Source of the DNA: a virus | Virus record (IMG/VR): IMGVR_UViG_3300025889_000075 | Location: 1 to 64,000 of that record | Strand: one strand, 5' to 3' | DNA: 64,000 bases | Part shown: positions 1 to 8,480 of the stretch, one piece after another | Layout: each line of letters starts with the position of its first letter | Numbering within the stretch: position 1 is the first letter of the stretch | Translations under genes and position numbers: made by a program | The notes under the pieces: model-generated | What the model was told of the DNA's origin: nothing | Seen by the model: only the letters and a program-made list of their open reading frames with translations | Databases searched by the model: none

Positions 1-2
1 AT

Positions 3-278
3 AAGTATTGTAAGAGTTTGCCTGTTAAGCATTATCGTTGGAGAAACAATAACGACATCGTAACGACTGTTCCTCCCGCGTTTCTTGGTTTCAAGCATCA
101 TGGTGAAAGTTGTTACATCAATGCTTACGGGCAAGTAAGAAATCTCAGCGGATGGCAATTAGTTAAAGACAAACTGCGTGGCATCTGGATGGGATTGAAA
201 GAAGGTAAGATTGATAGTTTTGGTGATCATAGTATGGTTGAATATATCAAACACTTAGAAAACTGGAACAAGGAGTAA
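3..278 (+). CDS. hypothetical protein, 5'-truncated by window edge
   Basis: Frame is open from nt 3 to TAA at 276-278. Confidence 0.7.
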   Translation, partial: KYCKSLPVKHYRWRNNNDIVTTVPPAFLGFKHHGESCYINAYGQVRNLSGWQLVKDKLRGIWMGLKEGKIDSFGDHSMVEYIKHLENWNKE

Positions 279-280
279 CC

Positions 281-445
281 ATGAAAGATTATCTCTGGAA
301 AATCATGGGAGAAAGAACGTCAATCGACGGAGCGATGTTAATTGGTGTTTGTGGTGCTGTTATATTGTTTGGCGGTATTGCTAAGTTACTTGCATGGGCA
401 GGTCTTGCTTGGGGTATTTGGACGTTAGTAAAACCAGAAAATTAA
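281..445 (+). CDS. small two-TM membrane protein (54 aa), candidate holin
   Basis: Not in ORF track. SD AGGAG, then MKDYLWKIMGERTSIDGAMLIGVCGAVILFGGIAKLLAWAGLAWGIWTLVKPEN; two hydrophobic segments; near the spanins. Holin role is inference. Confidence 0.6.
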   Translation: MKDYLWKIMGERTSIDGAMLIGVCGAVILFGGIAKLLAWAGLAWGIWTLVKPEN

Positions 446-481
446 TAATATATAGAAGTAGTTCTTTTGGAATTACTTTGA

Positions 482-850
482 ATGAAATTATTTGAATCAT
501 TAACTGAAGATAACTTTTTACTTTTCGCAGCAAGAAATTATTATAATCCTACTTGTATTGACGCTGACGAATTTCATGAAGACTTGAAACGTTTTAAATA
601 TGTTAAGAGACTTGTTAATCGTTACATAGATAATCAAATTTTATCTGAGCGATTAATTCTCAATCACTTGATAGTTATCTTCAACGTTTTTGATGTCGGT
701 CCTGGTTTAAAAATGCTCGAACATAGGTTAGATGAAAAACATTGGCCGGTGATTAAACCGTTTCTAATTTTCCTTAAAATTATCACCAACGATAAATATA
801 CTGGAATAAGCATGGACGAACATGTAGTTGACGCTTTGAGGAAAATTTAA
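482..850 (+). CDS. conserved T4-like phage hypothetical protein
   Basis: LTEDNFLLFAARNYYNP..EDLKRFKYVKRL..ERLILNH motif familiar from marine T4-like phages. Confidence 0.8.
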   Translation: MKLFESLTEDNFLLFAARNYYNPTCIDADEFHEDLKRFKYVKRLVNRYIDNQILSERLILNHLIVIFNVFDVGPGLKMLEHRLDEKHWPVIKPFLIFLKIITNDKYTGISMDEHVVDALRKI

Positions 851-1437
851 TGTCACTAATTACAAGAGCGGGAGACCTAGTATATACGTTTCGATTTTTG
901 AAACTGTTGGTCACGCCATTCACAGAAACAGACGCTTTTAAATTAGGTTTGATTGACGAAGATGGTAAGAGGATTAAATCCGAAACTATCGATGACGCCG
1001 AGAAAAAATCTGCTTATACAGCATTCCACCGTTTAGTTTTCAATGTTAAAAGATTAATGGCAAAAGCACCAGGAGGTAGTTCTAAGATTGCCTCCTATGC
1101 TGCTGCTTTATATTTAATCCGTGAACATTTTAACCTTTCCGATAAAAATTTGCAAAAACTTGTGACAGAATCTAAGATGGATGTGATGGATTTTCTAACA
1201 GAAAATTCTCAATGGTACGTTTTAGATAACAAAATGTTAAGTCCTGGGGTCTATAGAATTAGAAACGAAAAAGTTTTATCAAAGTCCCTTGAACCTCTCG
1301 CGAACGAAAAGGATAAAGTTCGTGTTGAAGATAATTCATTTCCGATTACCGATATATTTGGTATCGATATTTACGAAGCAACACATATTAACTCAAATCA
1401 GAAAATACATGTTGCAGTAGGGGAGATATATAAGTGA
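850..1437 (+). CDS. conserved T4-like phage hypothetical protein
   Basis: YTFRFLKLLVTPF..AFKLGLIDEDGK motif; coupled to upstream ORF by TAATG. Confidence 0.8.
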   Translation: MSLITRAGDLVYTFRFLKLLVTPFTETDAFKLGLIDEDGKRIKSETIDDAEKKSAYTAFHRLVFNVKRLMAKAPGGSSKIASYAAALYLIREHFNLSDKNLQKLVTESKMDVMDFLTENSQWYVLDNKMLSPGVYRIRNEKVLSKSLEPLANEKDKVRVEDNSFPITDIFGIDIYEATHINSNQKIHVAVGEIYK

Positions 1438-1598
1438 AATCGTTTAAACAACACACTGAGGAAATGACGACTGCTGCTGACGCAGGTATTCCTCATGACA
1501 CAGCAAACATGGGTCCGCGTAACAAAAAGAAAAAATATAAAGTTATGACACGCGGATATATAGAAGTGAATGGTAAAAGAAAGAAGTTAGTCAAATGA
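1434..1598 (+). CDS. small basic protein with MKSFK N-terminus (possible internal head protein)
   Basis: Not in track. GTG start; MKSFKQHTEEMTTAADAGIP..KKKKYK; resembles capsid-targeting leaders of T4 internal proteins. Confidence 0.55.
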   Translation: MKSFKQHTEEMTTAADAGIPHDTANMGPRNKKKKYKVMTRGYIEVNGKRKKLVK

Positions 1599-2158
1599 TT
1601 CAAATTGTTATGTTAATGGCTGCATTATCTGCTATCGGTGGTGGATATGCTTATCACGTCTCAACCGTTTCCAAATTAGAATCTAACATTGTTCAACTCG
1701 AAGCGAACAATCGCACTCTTAAAGAAAACCAAGTTCAAATGGAGGTTGCTGTTAAAACAGCACAGGAATCTCTTGCTGCAGCTGAAGCAAATGCAAAAAA
1801 GTCAGAAGCTGCTATGACTGCTTTAACTCAACGCAATAATGAATTAGCGAGAGAAAAAGCAAATTACATGAAGATCTTCAAAGATCATAACCTGACTCGA
1901 CTCGCTCGCGCCAAACCTGGCATGATTGAGAAACGAATCAATAATGGAACTGCAAAAGTTTTTAGGGATTTAGAAAATGATACGAAAGAACTTATGGCTG
2001 CTGATGATAATGATGCTGTTACTCCAGAGTTGTCAGTGGATGCCCAAGTGGAAGTGGGGAAAGGAAACGACGCCAGTAATACCGGAACCGAAAATAATAA
2101 CAGTGGAGAAGAAAGTCCCGCTGAGGATTTACCAACCGCCGCTGCCACAGGAGATTGA
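1595..2158 (+). CDS. inner-membrane spanin (Rz-like)
   Basis: N-terminal TM helix, long coiled coil, overlaps a lipoprotein gene in another frame. Confidence 0.8.
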   Translation: MIQIVMLMAALSAIGGGYAYHVSTVSKLESNIVQLEANNRTLKENQVQMEVAVKTAQESLAAAEANAKKSEAAMTALTQRNNELAREKANYMKIFKDHNLTRLARAKPGMIEKRINNGTAKVFRDLENDTKELMAADDNDAVTPELSVDAQVEVGKGNDASNTGTENNNSGEESPAEDLPTAAATGD

Positions 2159-2414
2159 TTTACTCGATGTAAACTTCTTTGTAATCACAGAGGAGAACTT
2201 AGAGGATCAGGTCAAGGTTATCGAGAAAATGCTTGACGGGCAGTTCGTTGTGTTTGCTCTTACTCCAGATGGTTATGAGAAGATGGCAGAGAACTTTCAA
2301 GAAGTTCGACGCTACGTGAGACAACAAAAAGAACTTATTATCTACTATCGTGAAGCGACTACTGAGTCTGAAGGAACAGACGCAGAAGATTGGTTGCGAA
2401 ACAATCCAAAATAA
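1977..2414 (+). CDS. outer-membrane spanin lipoprotein (Rz1-like)
   Basis: Signal peptide with lipobox LLQS-C, Pro-rich segment, 182-nt overlap with the i-spanin gene. Confidence 0.8.
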   Translation: MIRKNLWLLMIMMLLLQSCQWMPKWKWGKETTPVIPEPKIITVEKKVPLRIYQPPLPQEIDLLDVNFFVITEENLEDQVKVIEKMLDGQFVVFALTPDGYEKMAENFQEVRRYVRQQKELIIYYREATTESEGTDAEDWLRNNPK

Positions 2415-2472
2415 TATATAATAGACCCAAGTCTTTAGATCAACCATATTAACTTAATGGAGGCGAACTTTC

Positions 2473-4395
2473 ATGCCCAGTAATTACCTACCCACATCAT
2501 ATCAAGAATTTATCCATCTGTCTCGTTATTCGAGATGGTTGCCTGAAAAGGGAAGAAGAGAGACTTGGGAGGAAACGATCGCGAGGTATTTTGATTTTTT
2601 TACAGAACACCTTGAAGAAACCTGTAACTACAAATTGCCAAAGGCATTACGAACCGAATTAGAAGAAGCAGTATTAACCCAAAGAATTATGCCTTCAATG
2701 CGTTGTCTTATGACTGCTGGTGAAGCATTAAAACGAGAAAACATTGCGGGTTATAACTGTTCATACATTGCAGTCGACAAACCTCATGCATTTGATGAAA
2801 TCCTTTATGTACTAATGAATGGTACTGGCGTTGGATTCTCTGTTGAACGTCAATATGTTTCTCAACTCCCTGTTGTTGCTGAGGAGTTTCATGATACAGA
2901 TACTACAATTATGGTCGCAGACTCTAAGTTGGGTTGGGCGAAAGCATTAAAAGAAATGATCGGTTTGCTGTATGCTGGACAGGTTCCTAAGTGGGATCTA
3001 TCTAAAGTTCGCCCTGCTGGTGCTCCTCTTAAAACTTTTGGTGGTCGTGCATCAGGTCCAGAACCACTTAATCAATTATTCCTATTTTGTATTCAAACGT
3101 TTAAGAATGCTGCTGGTCGTAAATTAAACTCAGTAGAATGTCACGATATCGTCTGTAAGATCGCTGAGATCGTCGTGGTAGGCGGTGTGCGTCGCTCTGC
3201 ACTTATTTCTCTATCAAACCTTTCCGATGATAGGATGAGACATGCAAAAGCAGGTCAATGGTGGACTGACCATGGACAACGCGCTCTGGCGAATAACTCG
3301 GCGTGCTACACAGAGAAACCAGACATTGGTATCTTTATGGATGAGTGGAAAGCATTGTATGATTCCAAGTCGGGCGAGCGTGGTATTTTCAATCGTGAGT
3401 CTGCTAACAAAATGGCAGCAATGTCAGGTCGTAGAGAAGTAGACGGGCATGAGTTTGGAACTAATCCTTGCTCTGAGATTATCCTCCGCTCTCGCGAATT
3501 CTGCAACCTCTCCGAAGTCGTAGTTCGACCAAATGATACCTGGTTAGACCTGAGAGAAAAGGTTCGTCTTGCAACGATTCTTGGAACATTCCAAAGCAGT
3601 TTGATTAACTTTAAATATATCTCTGGCGCGTGGAAGAAGAACTGTGAAGAGGAACGATTGCTCGGCGTATCAATGACAGGGATTATGGATAATCCTTTGA
3701 CCAATGGTAAACAGTCAAGCGACCTTGTGCCTCAGTTAGAATTGCTGAAGTCTGTTGCTGTAGAAACAAACAAAGAGATGGCGAAGAAGTTGGGTATTAA
3801 TGCTTCAACTGCAATTACCTGCGTTAAACCATCTGGCACGGTTTCACAATTGGTTGACGCTGCTTCTGGTATTCATGCTCGTCATAATCCTTATTACATT
3901 AGAACAGTTCGTGGGGATAAGAAAGACCCATTGACCAAAATGATGATTGATGAAGGATTCCCTGTTGAAGATGATCAAATGAATCCATCACACACCTCAG
4001 TATTTTCGTTTCCCGTCAAGGTAGATAAAGGTGCTGTGTTTAGAACTGACATGACTGCTATCCAACAATTAGAACTTTGGTTGACTTATCAAAGAAGTTG
4101 GTGTGAGCATAAACCATCAATTACTGTTTCTGTTAAAGAACACGAATGGTTGGAAGTTGGCGCGTGGGTATATAAGAATTTTGATTATATGTCTGGCGTT
4201 TCTTTCTTACCGTTCTCTGATCACACTTATGCGCAAGCACCGTATCAAGACTGTGATGAACTACAATACCAAGACCTTCTTAACAAAATGCCTAAGAATG
4301 TCGATTGGGGTAAACTCGCTCAATATGAGCAATCAGATATGACCGTAGGTGCACAAGAACTCGCGTGTGCTGCTGGTTTTTGTGAAATACAATAA
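2473..4395 (+). CDS. nrdJ: class II (adenosylcobalamin-dependent) ribonucleotide reductase
   Basis: GYNCSY, GGVRRSALISLS, GTNPCSEI, TCVKPSGTVSQL and C-terminal CAAGFC redox pair; no adjacent small subunit. Confidence 0.92.
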   Translation: MPSNYLPTSYQEFIHLSRYSRWLPEKGRRETWEETIARYFDFFTEHLEETCNYKLPKALRTELEEAVLTQRIMPSMRCLMTAGEALKRENIAGYNCSYIAVDKPHAFDEILYVLMNGTGVGFSVERQYVSQLPVVAEEFHDTDTTIMVADSKLGWAKALKEMIGLLYAGQVPKWDLSKVRPAGAPLKTFGGRASGPEPLNQLFLFCIQTFKNAAGRKLNSVECHDIVCKIAEIVVVGGVRRSALISLSNLSDDRMRHAKAGQWWTDHGQRALANNSACYTEKPDIGIFMDEWKALYDSKSGERGIFNRESANKMAAMSGRREVDGHEFGTNPCSEIILRSREFCNLSEVVVRPNDTWLDLREKVRLATILGTFQSSLINFKYISGAWKKNCEEERLLGVSMTGIMDNPLTNGKQSSDLVPQLELLKSVAVETNKEMAKKLGINASTAITCVKPSGTVSQLVDAASGIHARHNPYYIRTVRGDKKDPLTKMMIDEGFPVEDDQMNPSHTSVFSFPVKVDKGAVFRTDMTAIQQLELWLTYQRSWCEHKPSITVSVKEHEWLEVGAWVYKNFDYMSGVSFLPFSDHTYAQAPYQDCDELQYQDLLNKMPKNVDWGKLAQYEQSDMTVGAQELACAAGFCEIQ

Positions 4396-4404
4396 GGAGA
4401 CTTT

Positions 4405-4545
4405 ATGGACGAAGAAGGTTTAATGTTTGAATGCGATTGCATTCTTTGTAATTGTAAGTCAGTTGTGCAAGCAGTTGACGAATCCGAAAAACCAGGGTTT
4501 TGCCCCATGTGTGGAACTGCCACGGAGTTCGAAGAGTTATTATAG
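4405..4545 (+). CDS. small zinc-ribbon protein (46 aa)
   Basis: Not in track. SD TAAGGAGA; CILC...FCPMCG. Confidence 0.7.
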   Translation: MDEEGLMFECDCILCNCKSVVQAVDESEKPGFCPMCGTATEFEELL

Positions 4546-4553
4546 ATAACTCT

Positions 4554-4967
4554 ATGACATGGATATTTGAAGACAAACAATTTGAACCCGATGATGATTT
4601 CTTAAAAGACCACATCGGGTTTGTTTATATGATAGAAGAGTTAGATACCAATATGAAATACATTGGTAAAAAACTTTTCTGGAAGTCTGCGTTCAGAGTT
4701 AAAAATAAAAAACGCAAACGCGTCAAACTAGAATCTGATTGGAAAACATATTTTGGTTCTAACAAGGTTCTTAAAGAAAAAGTAATTGACAATGAAATTA
4801 ATTATAAGAGGACGATCCTAAAACTCTGCAAGACGAAAGGAGAGTGTTCTTATTACGAAGCGAAGTATCAATTTGATTATGATGTTTTGTTAAGAAAAGA
4901 TTTTTACAACGAATTGATTATGTGTAGAATTAATTCAAAGCATTTAGGTATTGATAATTCTAAATAA
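4554..4967 (+). CDS. GIY-YIG-like nuclease
   Basis: GFVYMI..KYIGKK motif; likely start is ATG at 4554. Confidence 0.7.
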   Translation: MTWIFEDKQFEPDDDFLKDHIGFVYMIEELDTNMKYIGKKLFWKSAFRVKNKKRKRVKLESDWKTYFGSNKVLKEKVIDNEINYKRTILKLCKTKGECSYYEAKYQFDYDVLLRKDFYNELIMCRINSKHLGIDNSK

Positions 4968-4979
4968 TTTTAGTATACT
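4951..4979 (+). promoter_or_regulatory. sigma70-type early promoter
   Basis: TTGATA-N17-TATACT. Confidence 0.65.
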
Positions 4980-5046
4980 AAAAGAGTAATGTTGAGGAAA
5001 CCATACCATACCTGATTTTTATATATAGTATGTAAGGAAATATATT

Positions 5047-5481
5047 ATGGCATATTCGATAAAAAGACAAGTGCATGAAATTTTCGAGCAATTCGAAAAG
5101 GCAAAAAATAGGCATGACAAAATTAAAGTCCTAAAAAACCACGAAGAAGTCGCGGCATTAAAAGACGTATTACGCGGTATCTTTGATGATCGTATTCAAT
5201 GGAATCTACCAGGAGGAGCTCCTCCATATGTAGAGAACAATCCAGACACTTCACCTTCTACTCTTCTCAAACAACATATGAAATTTAAATATTTCGTTAA
5301 GGGGTTACGAGAAAGCGAGAATATGATTAAATTCAAAAGAGAGAAAATGTTTATCGACGTATTAGAGTCGATACATCCGGAAGACGCTAAAATTTTAGTG
5401 TCTATGATCAACAAGAAAAACCCAGTGAAAGGATTAACTAAAAAAATCGTACAGGAGGCATACCCAAACTTAATCCCATAA
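5047..5481 (+). CDS. conserved T4-like hypothetical protein
   Basis: WNLPGGAPPY..KREKMFIDVLESIHPEDA motif. Confidence 0.8.
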   Translation: MAYSIKRQVHEIFEQFEKAKNRHDKIKVLKNHEEVAALKDVLRGIFDDRIQWNLPGGAPPYVENNPDTSPSTLLKQHMKFKYFVKGLRESENMIKFKREKMFIDVLESIHPEDAKILVSMINKKNPVKGLTKKIVQEAYPNLIP

Positions 5482-5520
5482 TGATGATGATTCCAAGAAC
5501 TTAATAAGGAGATATTGCCT

Positions 5521-5691
5521 ATGGTGCAAACAAGTCAACTAGAAAGATTGAGAAAAGACTCACGCGAACTTGGACATTACATACATAAACTTAATAAAAA
5601 AGGGAGAACTGAAGCAGCGTATCGGATTGCAAAAAAACAATCTTTTCTAGATGCAGCTATTCAACAAGTTGAAAATAAAATAAGGGGGTGA
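5521..5691 (+). CDS. small basic helical protein (56 aa)
   Basis: Not in track. SD TAAGGAGA; MVQTSQLERLRKDSRELGHYIHKLNKKGR...KIRG. Confidence 0.7.
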   Translation: MVQTSQLERLRKDSRELGHYIHKLNKKGRTEAAYRIAKKQSFLDAAIQQVENKIRG

Positions 5692-5737
5692 TCCTGTCTA
5701 CTGGGTGGTCCTCTTAACTGGGGACCATTCATTGGAT
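5681..5737 (+). promoter_or_regulatory. extended Shine-Dalgarno-like element plus 12-bp hairpin
   Basis: TAAGGGGGTGATCC at 5681-5694; stem 5702-5713/5720-5731. Confidence 0.55.
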
Positions 5738-5744
5738 TATTATT

Positions 5745-5981
5745 ATGCCGACATATATATTTAAACATAAAGAAACCGGAGAAGAAAAAGAATTTTTCGT
5801 TTCTATTTCAAAAATGCAAGAGATGACTAACCCTGAAACTGGAGAGTGGACTCAATTGATTCAACCACCAAACACAGTTACTCATACTGGAAGCATGATA
5901 GGAAAAACATCGAACGGTTGGAAAGACTTACTAGGAAGAATTAAGAAAAACTCCGGAAGAGACAATACGATTAATTTGTAA
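5745..5981 (+). CDS. FmdB-like small protein (Cys-less ribbon)
   Basis: MPTYIFKHKETGE..GWKDLLGRIKK; usual position upstream of phoH. Confidence 0.65.
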   Translation: MPTYIFKHKETGEEKEFFVSISKMQEMTNPETGEWTQLIQPPNTVTHTGSMIGKTSNGWKDLLGRIKKNSGRDNTINL

Positions 5982-6682
5982 TGAGTAGAACACAAAAACA
6001 GAATGGCGAAAACATGAATATTCGCCTTGACCAGTTAATAACAATCGACCCGATTACACAACGTCAGAAAGATGCAGTAACTGCTTGGAAAGAAGGTGAC
6101 AACCTCGCTTTAACTGGTACAGCAGGAACTGGTAAAACATTCCTAGCAATTTACCTCGCACTCGAGGAGGTAATGGACAAATCAACCCCATACGAAACAC
6201 TTCATATTATTCGATCAGTTGTACCTACTCGAGAGGTTGGATATTTACCAGGATCTTTAGAAGACAAACTTAATGCATTCACTGGACCATATCGTGCCGC
6301 GACTGCAGAATTATTCGAAGATTACAAAGCATATGAGAAGTTGGTTCATAACAATTATATCTCTTTCGAATCTACTTCTTACATTCGTGGGGTAACATAT
6401 GATAGCAGTATCATCTTAGTTGATGAAATGCAGAATCTTAACTTTCATGAATTAGATTCGGTAATTACTAGGATCGGACAAGGAACAAAGATTATCTTTA
6501 GTGGTGATTACCACCAGTCAGATTTCAAACAGGATAAAGAAAAAGAAGGAATAAATACTTTTCTAAGCATACTTGAAAACATGCGAAATTTTAGTATAAT
6601 AAACTTTGGTTGGGAAGATATAGTGCGTAGTGATTTTGTTCGCGACTATATCATGACAAAAGAATGGATGGGAATTAAATGA
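5981..6682 (+). CDS. phoH: PhoH family ATPase
   Basis: GTAGTGKT Walker A, GYLPG, YIRG, VDEMQN, TRIG, GDYHQSD. Confidence 0.95.
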   Translation: MSRTQKQNGENMNIRLDQLITIDPITQRQKDAVTAWKEGDNLALTGTAGTGKTFLAIYLALEEVMDKSTPYETLHIIRSVVPTREVGYLPGSLEDKLNAFTGPYRAATAELFEDYKAYEKLVHNNYISFESTSYIRGVTYDSSIILVDEMQNLNFHELDSVITRIGQGTKIIFSGDYHQSDFKQDKEKEGINTFLSILENMRNFSIINFGWEDIVRSDFVRDYIMTKEWMGIK

Positions 6683-6876
6683 CTAAAATAGAAGAAGCAA
6701 TGAAGATGTATCTTCAAGGGCAACGAGCAAAACATGTTGCTAACTGGGAAACCTTTCTTGCTAATCCTGTTGGGGTAGCAGAACACGGCGACTTTATGGA
6801 AACGTTAGAAAGAGAATTAGAGCAAATTTCAAAGTATGACGAATTAATCGCAACGTTGGAGATTTTAAATGGATAG
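6679..6876 (+). CDS. hypothetical protein
   Basis: NPVGVAEH motif; overlapped start and stop. Confidence 0.75.
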   Translation: MTKIEEAMKMYLQGQRAKHVANWETFLANPVGVAEHGDFMETLERELEQISKYDELIATLEILNG

Positions 6877-7315
6877 AAAAGCAATATTTGAAACGCTGAA
6901 AGTTGATGAAGGTGTAGAGTATAAAGTTTACGCAGATCATCTCGGATATCATACTTTTGGTGTCGGGCACTTAATTGTTGAGGGCGATCCTGAATGGGGA
7001 CAACCTTTTGAAACACCTGTGTCTGAAGAGAGAGTTTGGGAAGCATTCGAAAAAGATCTTGATGTTTCAATCAACGAATGCTATGTTTTATATGGGCAAA
7101 CAACTTTCGACGACTTCCCCGAAGAAGTTCAGCAGGTCGTTTGCAATATGATGTTTAACATGGGACGTCCGCGTTTATCTAAGTTTAAGAAATTTAATGC
7201 GGCATTAGAAGACGGGGATTGGGCAACAGCAGCAGTTGAGGGACGCGATTCGCTTTGGTATAAGCAAGTCCCAAATCGCGCTGAGCGTCTTATGTCTCGT
7301 CTGGAGGCGGTGTAA
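6869..7315 (+). CDS. T4-type lysozyme (GH24), endolysin
   Basis: DEG..Y.D.LG..T.GVGH catalytic E/D/T pattern; MMFNMG; DSLWYKQVPNRA. Confidence 0.92.
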   Translation: MDRKAIFETLKVDEGVEYKVYADHLGYHTFGVGHLIVEGDPEWGQPFETPVSEERVWEAFEKDLDVSINECYVLYGQTTFDDFPEEVQQVVCNMMFNMGRPRLSKFKKFNAALEDGDWATAAVEGRDSLWYKQVPNRAERLMSRLEAV

Positions 7316-7473
7316 TGGCTAAACCCCGAGGAAGCGGAGGCGGTATTGGTAGCGTTCAAAGACCTGAGCGTAAACCGAAAGGAACTTCAATTGGTAATGG
7401 CAATTTTAAAATGGCGTCATTAAACAAAAAGAAGAAGATGAGTTACAAACAATACAGAGGACAAGGTAGATAA
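7315..7473 (+). CDS. small basic protein ending YRGQGR (52 aa)
   Basis: Not in track. TSIG..NKKKKMSYKQYRGQGR; SD GGAGG. Confidence 0.75.
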   Translation: MAKPRGSGGGIGSVQRPERKPKGTSIGNGNFKMASLNKKKKMSYKQYRGQGR

Positions 7474-7475
7474 TT

Positions 7476-7640
7476 ATGGCGAAGTATTCGCGTTTTGATC
7501 CTAAGAATAAAAAGAAAAGTCGTGATCATATTTCTTTCAAGGATAGAAAAAAAGATAAGAAACAACGGTTCGAATCAGAGGAAGTGGTCGATAAGACTTC
7601 TCTGAAATACTACGAGAATCGCTACAACACAAGTCACTAA
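7476..7640 (+). CDS. small basic protein (54 aa)
   Basis: Not in track. MAKYSRFDPKNKKK...; fills the gap exactly. Confidence 0.65.
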   Translation: MAKYSRFDPKNKKKSRDHISFKDRKKDKKQRFESEEVVDKTSLKYYENRYNTSH

Positions 7641-7643
7641 ATC

Positions 7644-8480
7644 ATGAGAGCGTTGCGCGTCGATCCCATCGACAATAGAACGTGGGAACTTTCCGATCAC
7701 TTAGAATGGAAAGGGACAATAGGTCATGGTGATTCTATGATGGGGTTGAACGTTGCTCACATGATGGCGAGTCTTCTTAAGACTACCGTGCAAATGGATG
7801 TGCATTGGTATCACGACAAAGATTATTTGTTTCACCCTGAAGATCCCGAAACCATAGTTGAAAGGTTTGATTACATTCATTCAATGTATCATAACAGTAA
7901 TACTGTAAAGGTTAATCACATCTATAATTCAACAGAAGAAGATGTTCGTAATATTAGATTTCGTGGATTTATTGAAGATAACAAAAAGAGAGGACAGGTA
8001 ATTAATGGTCTGAATTCTTGGATTTTTCGTCGTGATCTTTTTACGCCGCCAGAAAGAAACAAAATTGTGATTTGGAAACCTTTTGATAACGCCACTCCTG
8101 CGCCAAAATGGAAATTAAGTTTTAGTGAAAAAGATTGGAGTAAAATTGTAAAACACTATCTAATAAGAAAACATAGATATAACGTGGTTGAATTATCTTA
8201 CAGAACACCAATTCGCGAAGTATTTTACCACATAAGAACATGTAATTATGTAATTTGTTATGATGGAATGTGGCATTATATAACGAGGAATTTTATTAAA
8301 CCTTCTTTTGTTATTGGTGATCAAGGGGTAATTGAAGCACATAATCCACAGGCAATTACTATGAAAAAACCAATTGGATATGAAAAATTATTTAAGGATT
8401 ATGACAAGTTTATTATCGAGATTGAAGGTAAATGCGACATGTATCGTCAAAAAATGTTTAGGTATTTGAATGAAAATTGA
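7644..8480 (+). CDS. putative GT-B glycosyltransferase (GT9/heptosyltransferase-like)
   Basis: N-terminal IGHGD and C-terminal ICYDGMWHY resemble GT9 'GD' and 'DSG..H' motifs. Confidence 0.5.
   Translation: MRALRVDPIDNRTWELSDHLEWKGTIGHGDSMMGLNVAHMMASLLKTTVQMDVHWYHDKDYLFHPEDPETIVERFDYIHSMYHNSNTVKVNHIYNSTEEDVRNIRFRGFIEDNKKRGQVINGLNSWIFRRDLFTPPERNKIVIWKPFDNATPAPKWKLSFSEKDWSKIVKHYLIRKHRYNVVELSYRTPIREVFYHIRTCNYVICYDGMWHYITRNFIKPSFVIGDQGVIEAHNPQAITMKKPIGYEKLFKDYDKFIIEIEGKCDMYRQKMFRYLNEN

Noticed and set aside
2473-4967. Intron, intein or homing element at nrdJ
   Set aside because: nrdJ is uninterrupted and of normal length; the short GIY-YIG-like ORF lacks an evident DNA-binding extension.
5481-5504. 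Mini-ORF MMMIPRT coupled to the upstream stop
   Set aside because: Too short to support from sequence alone.
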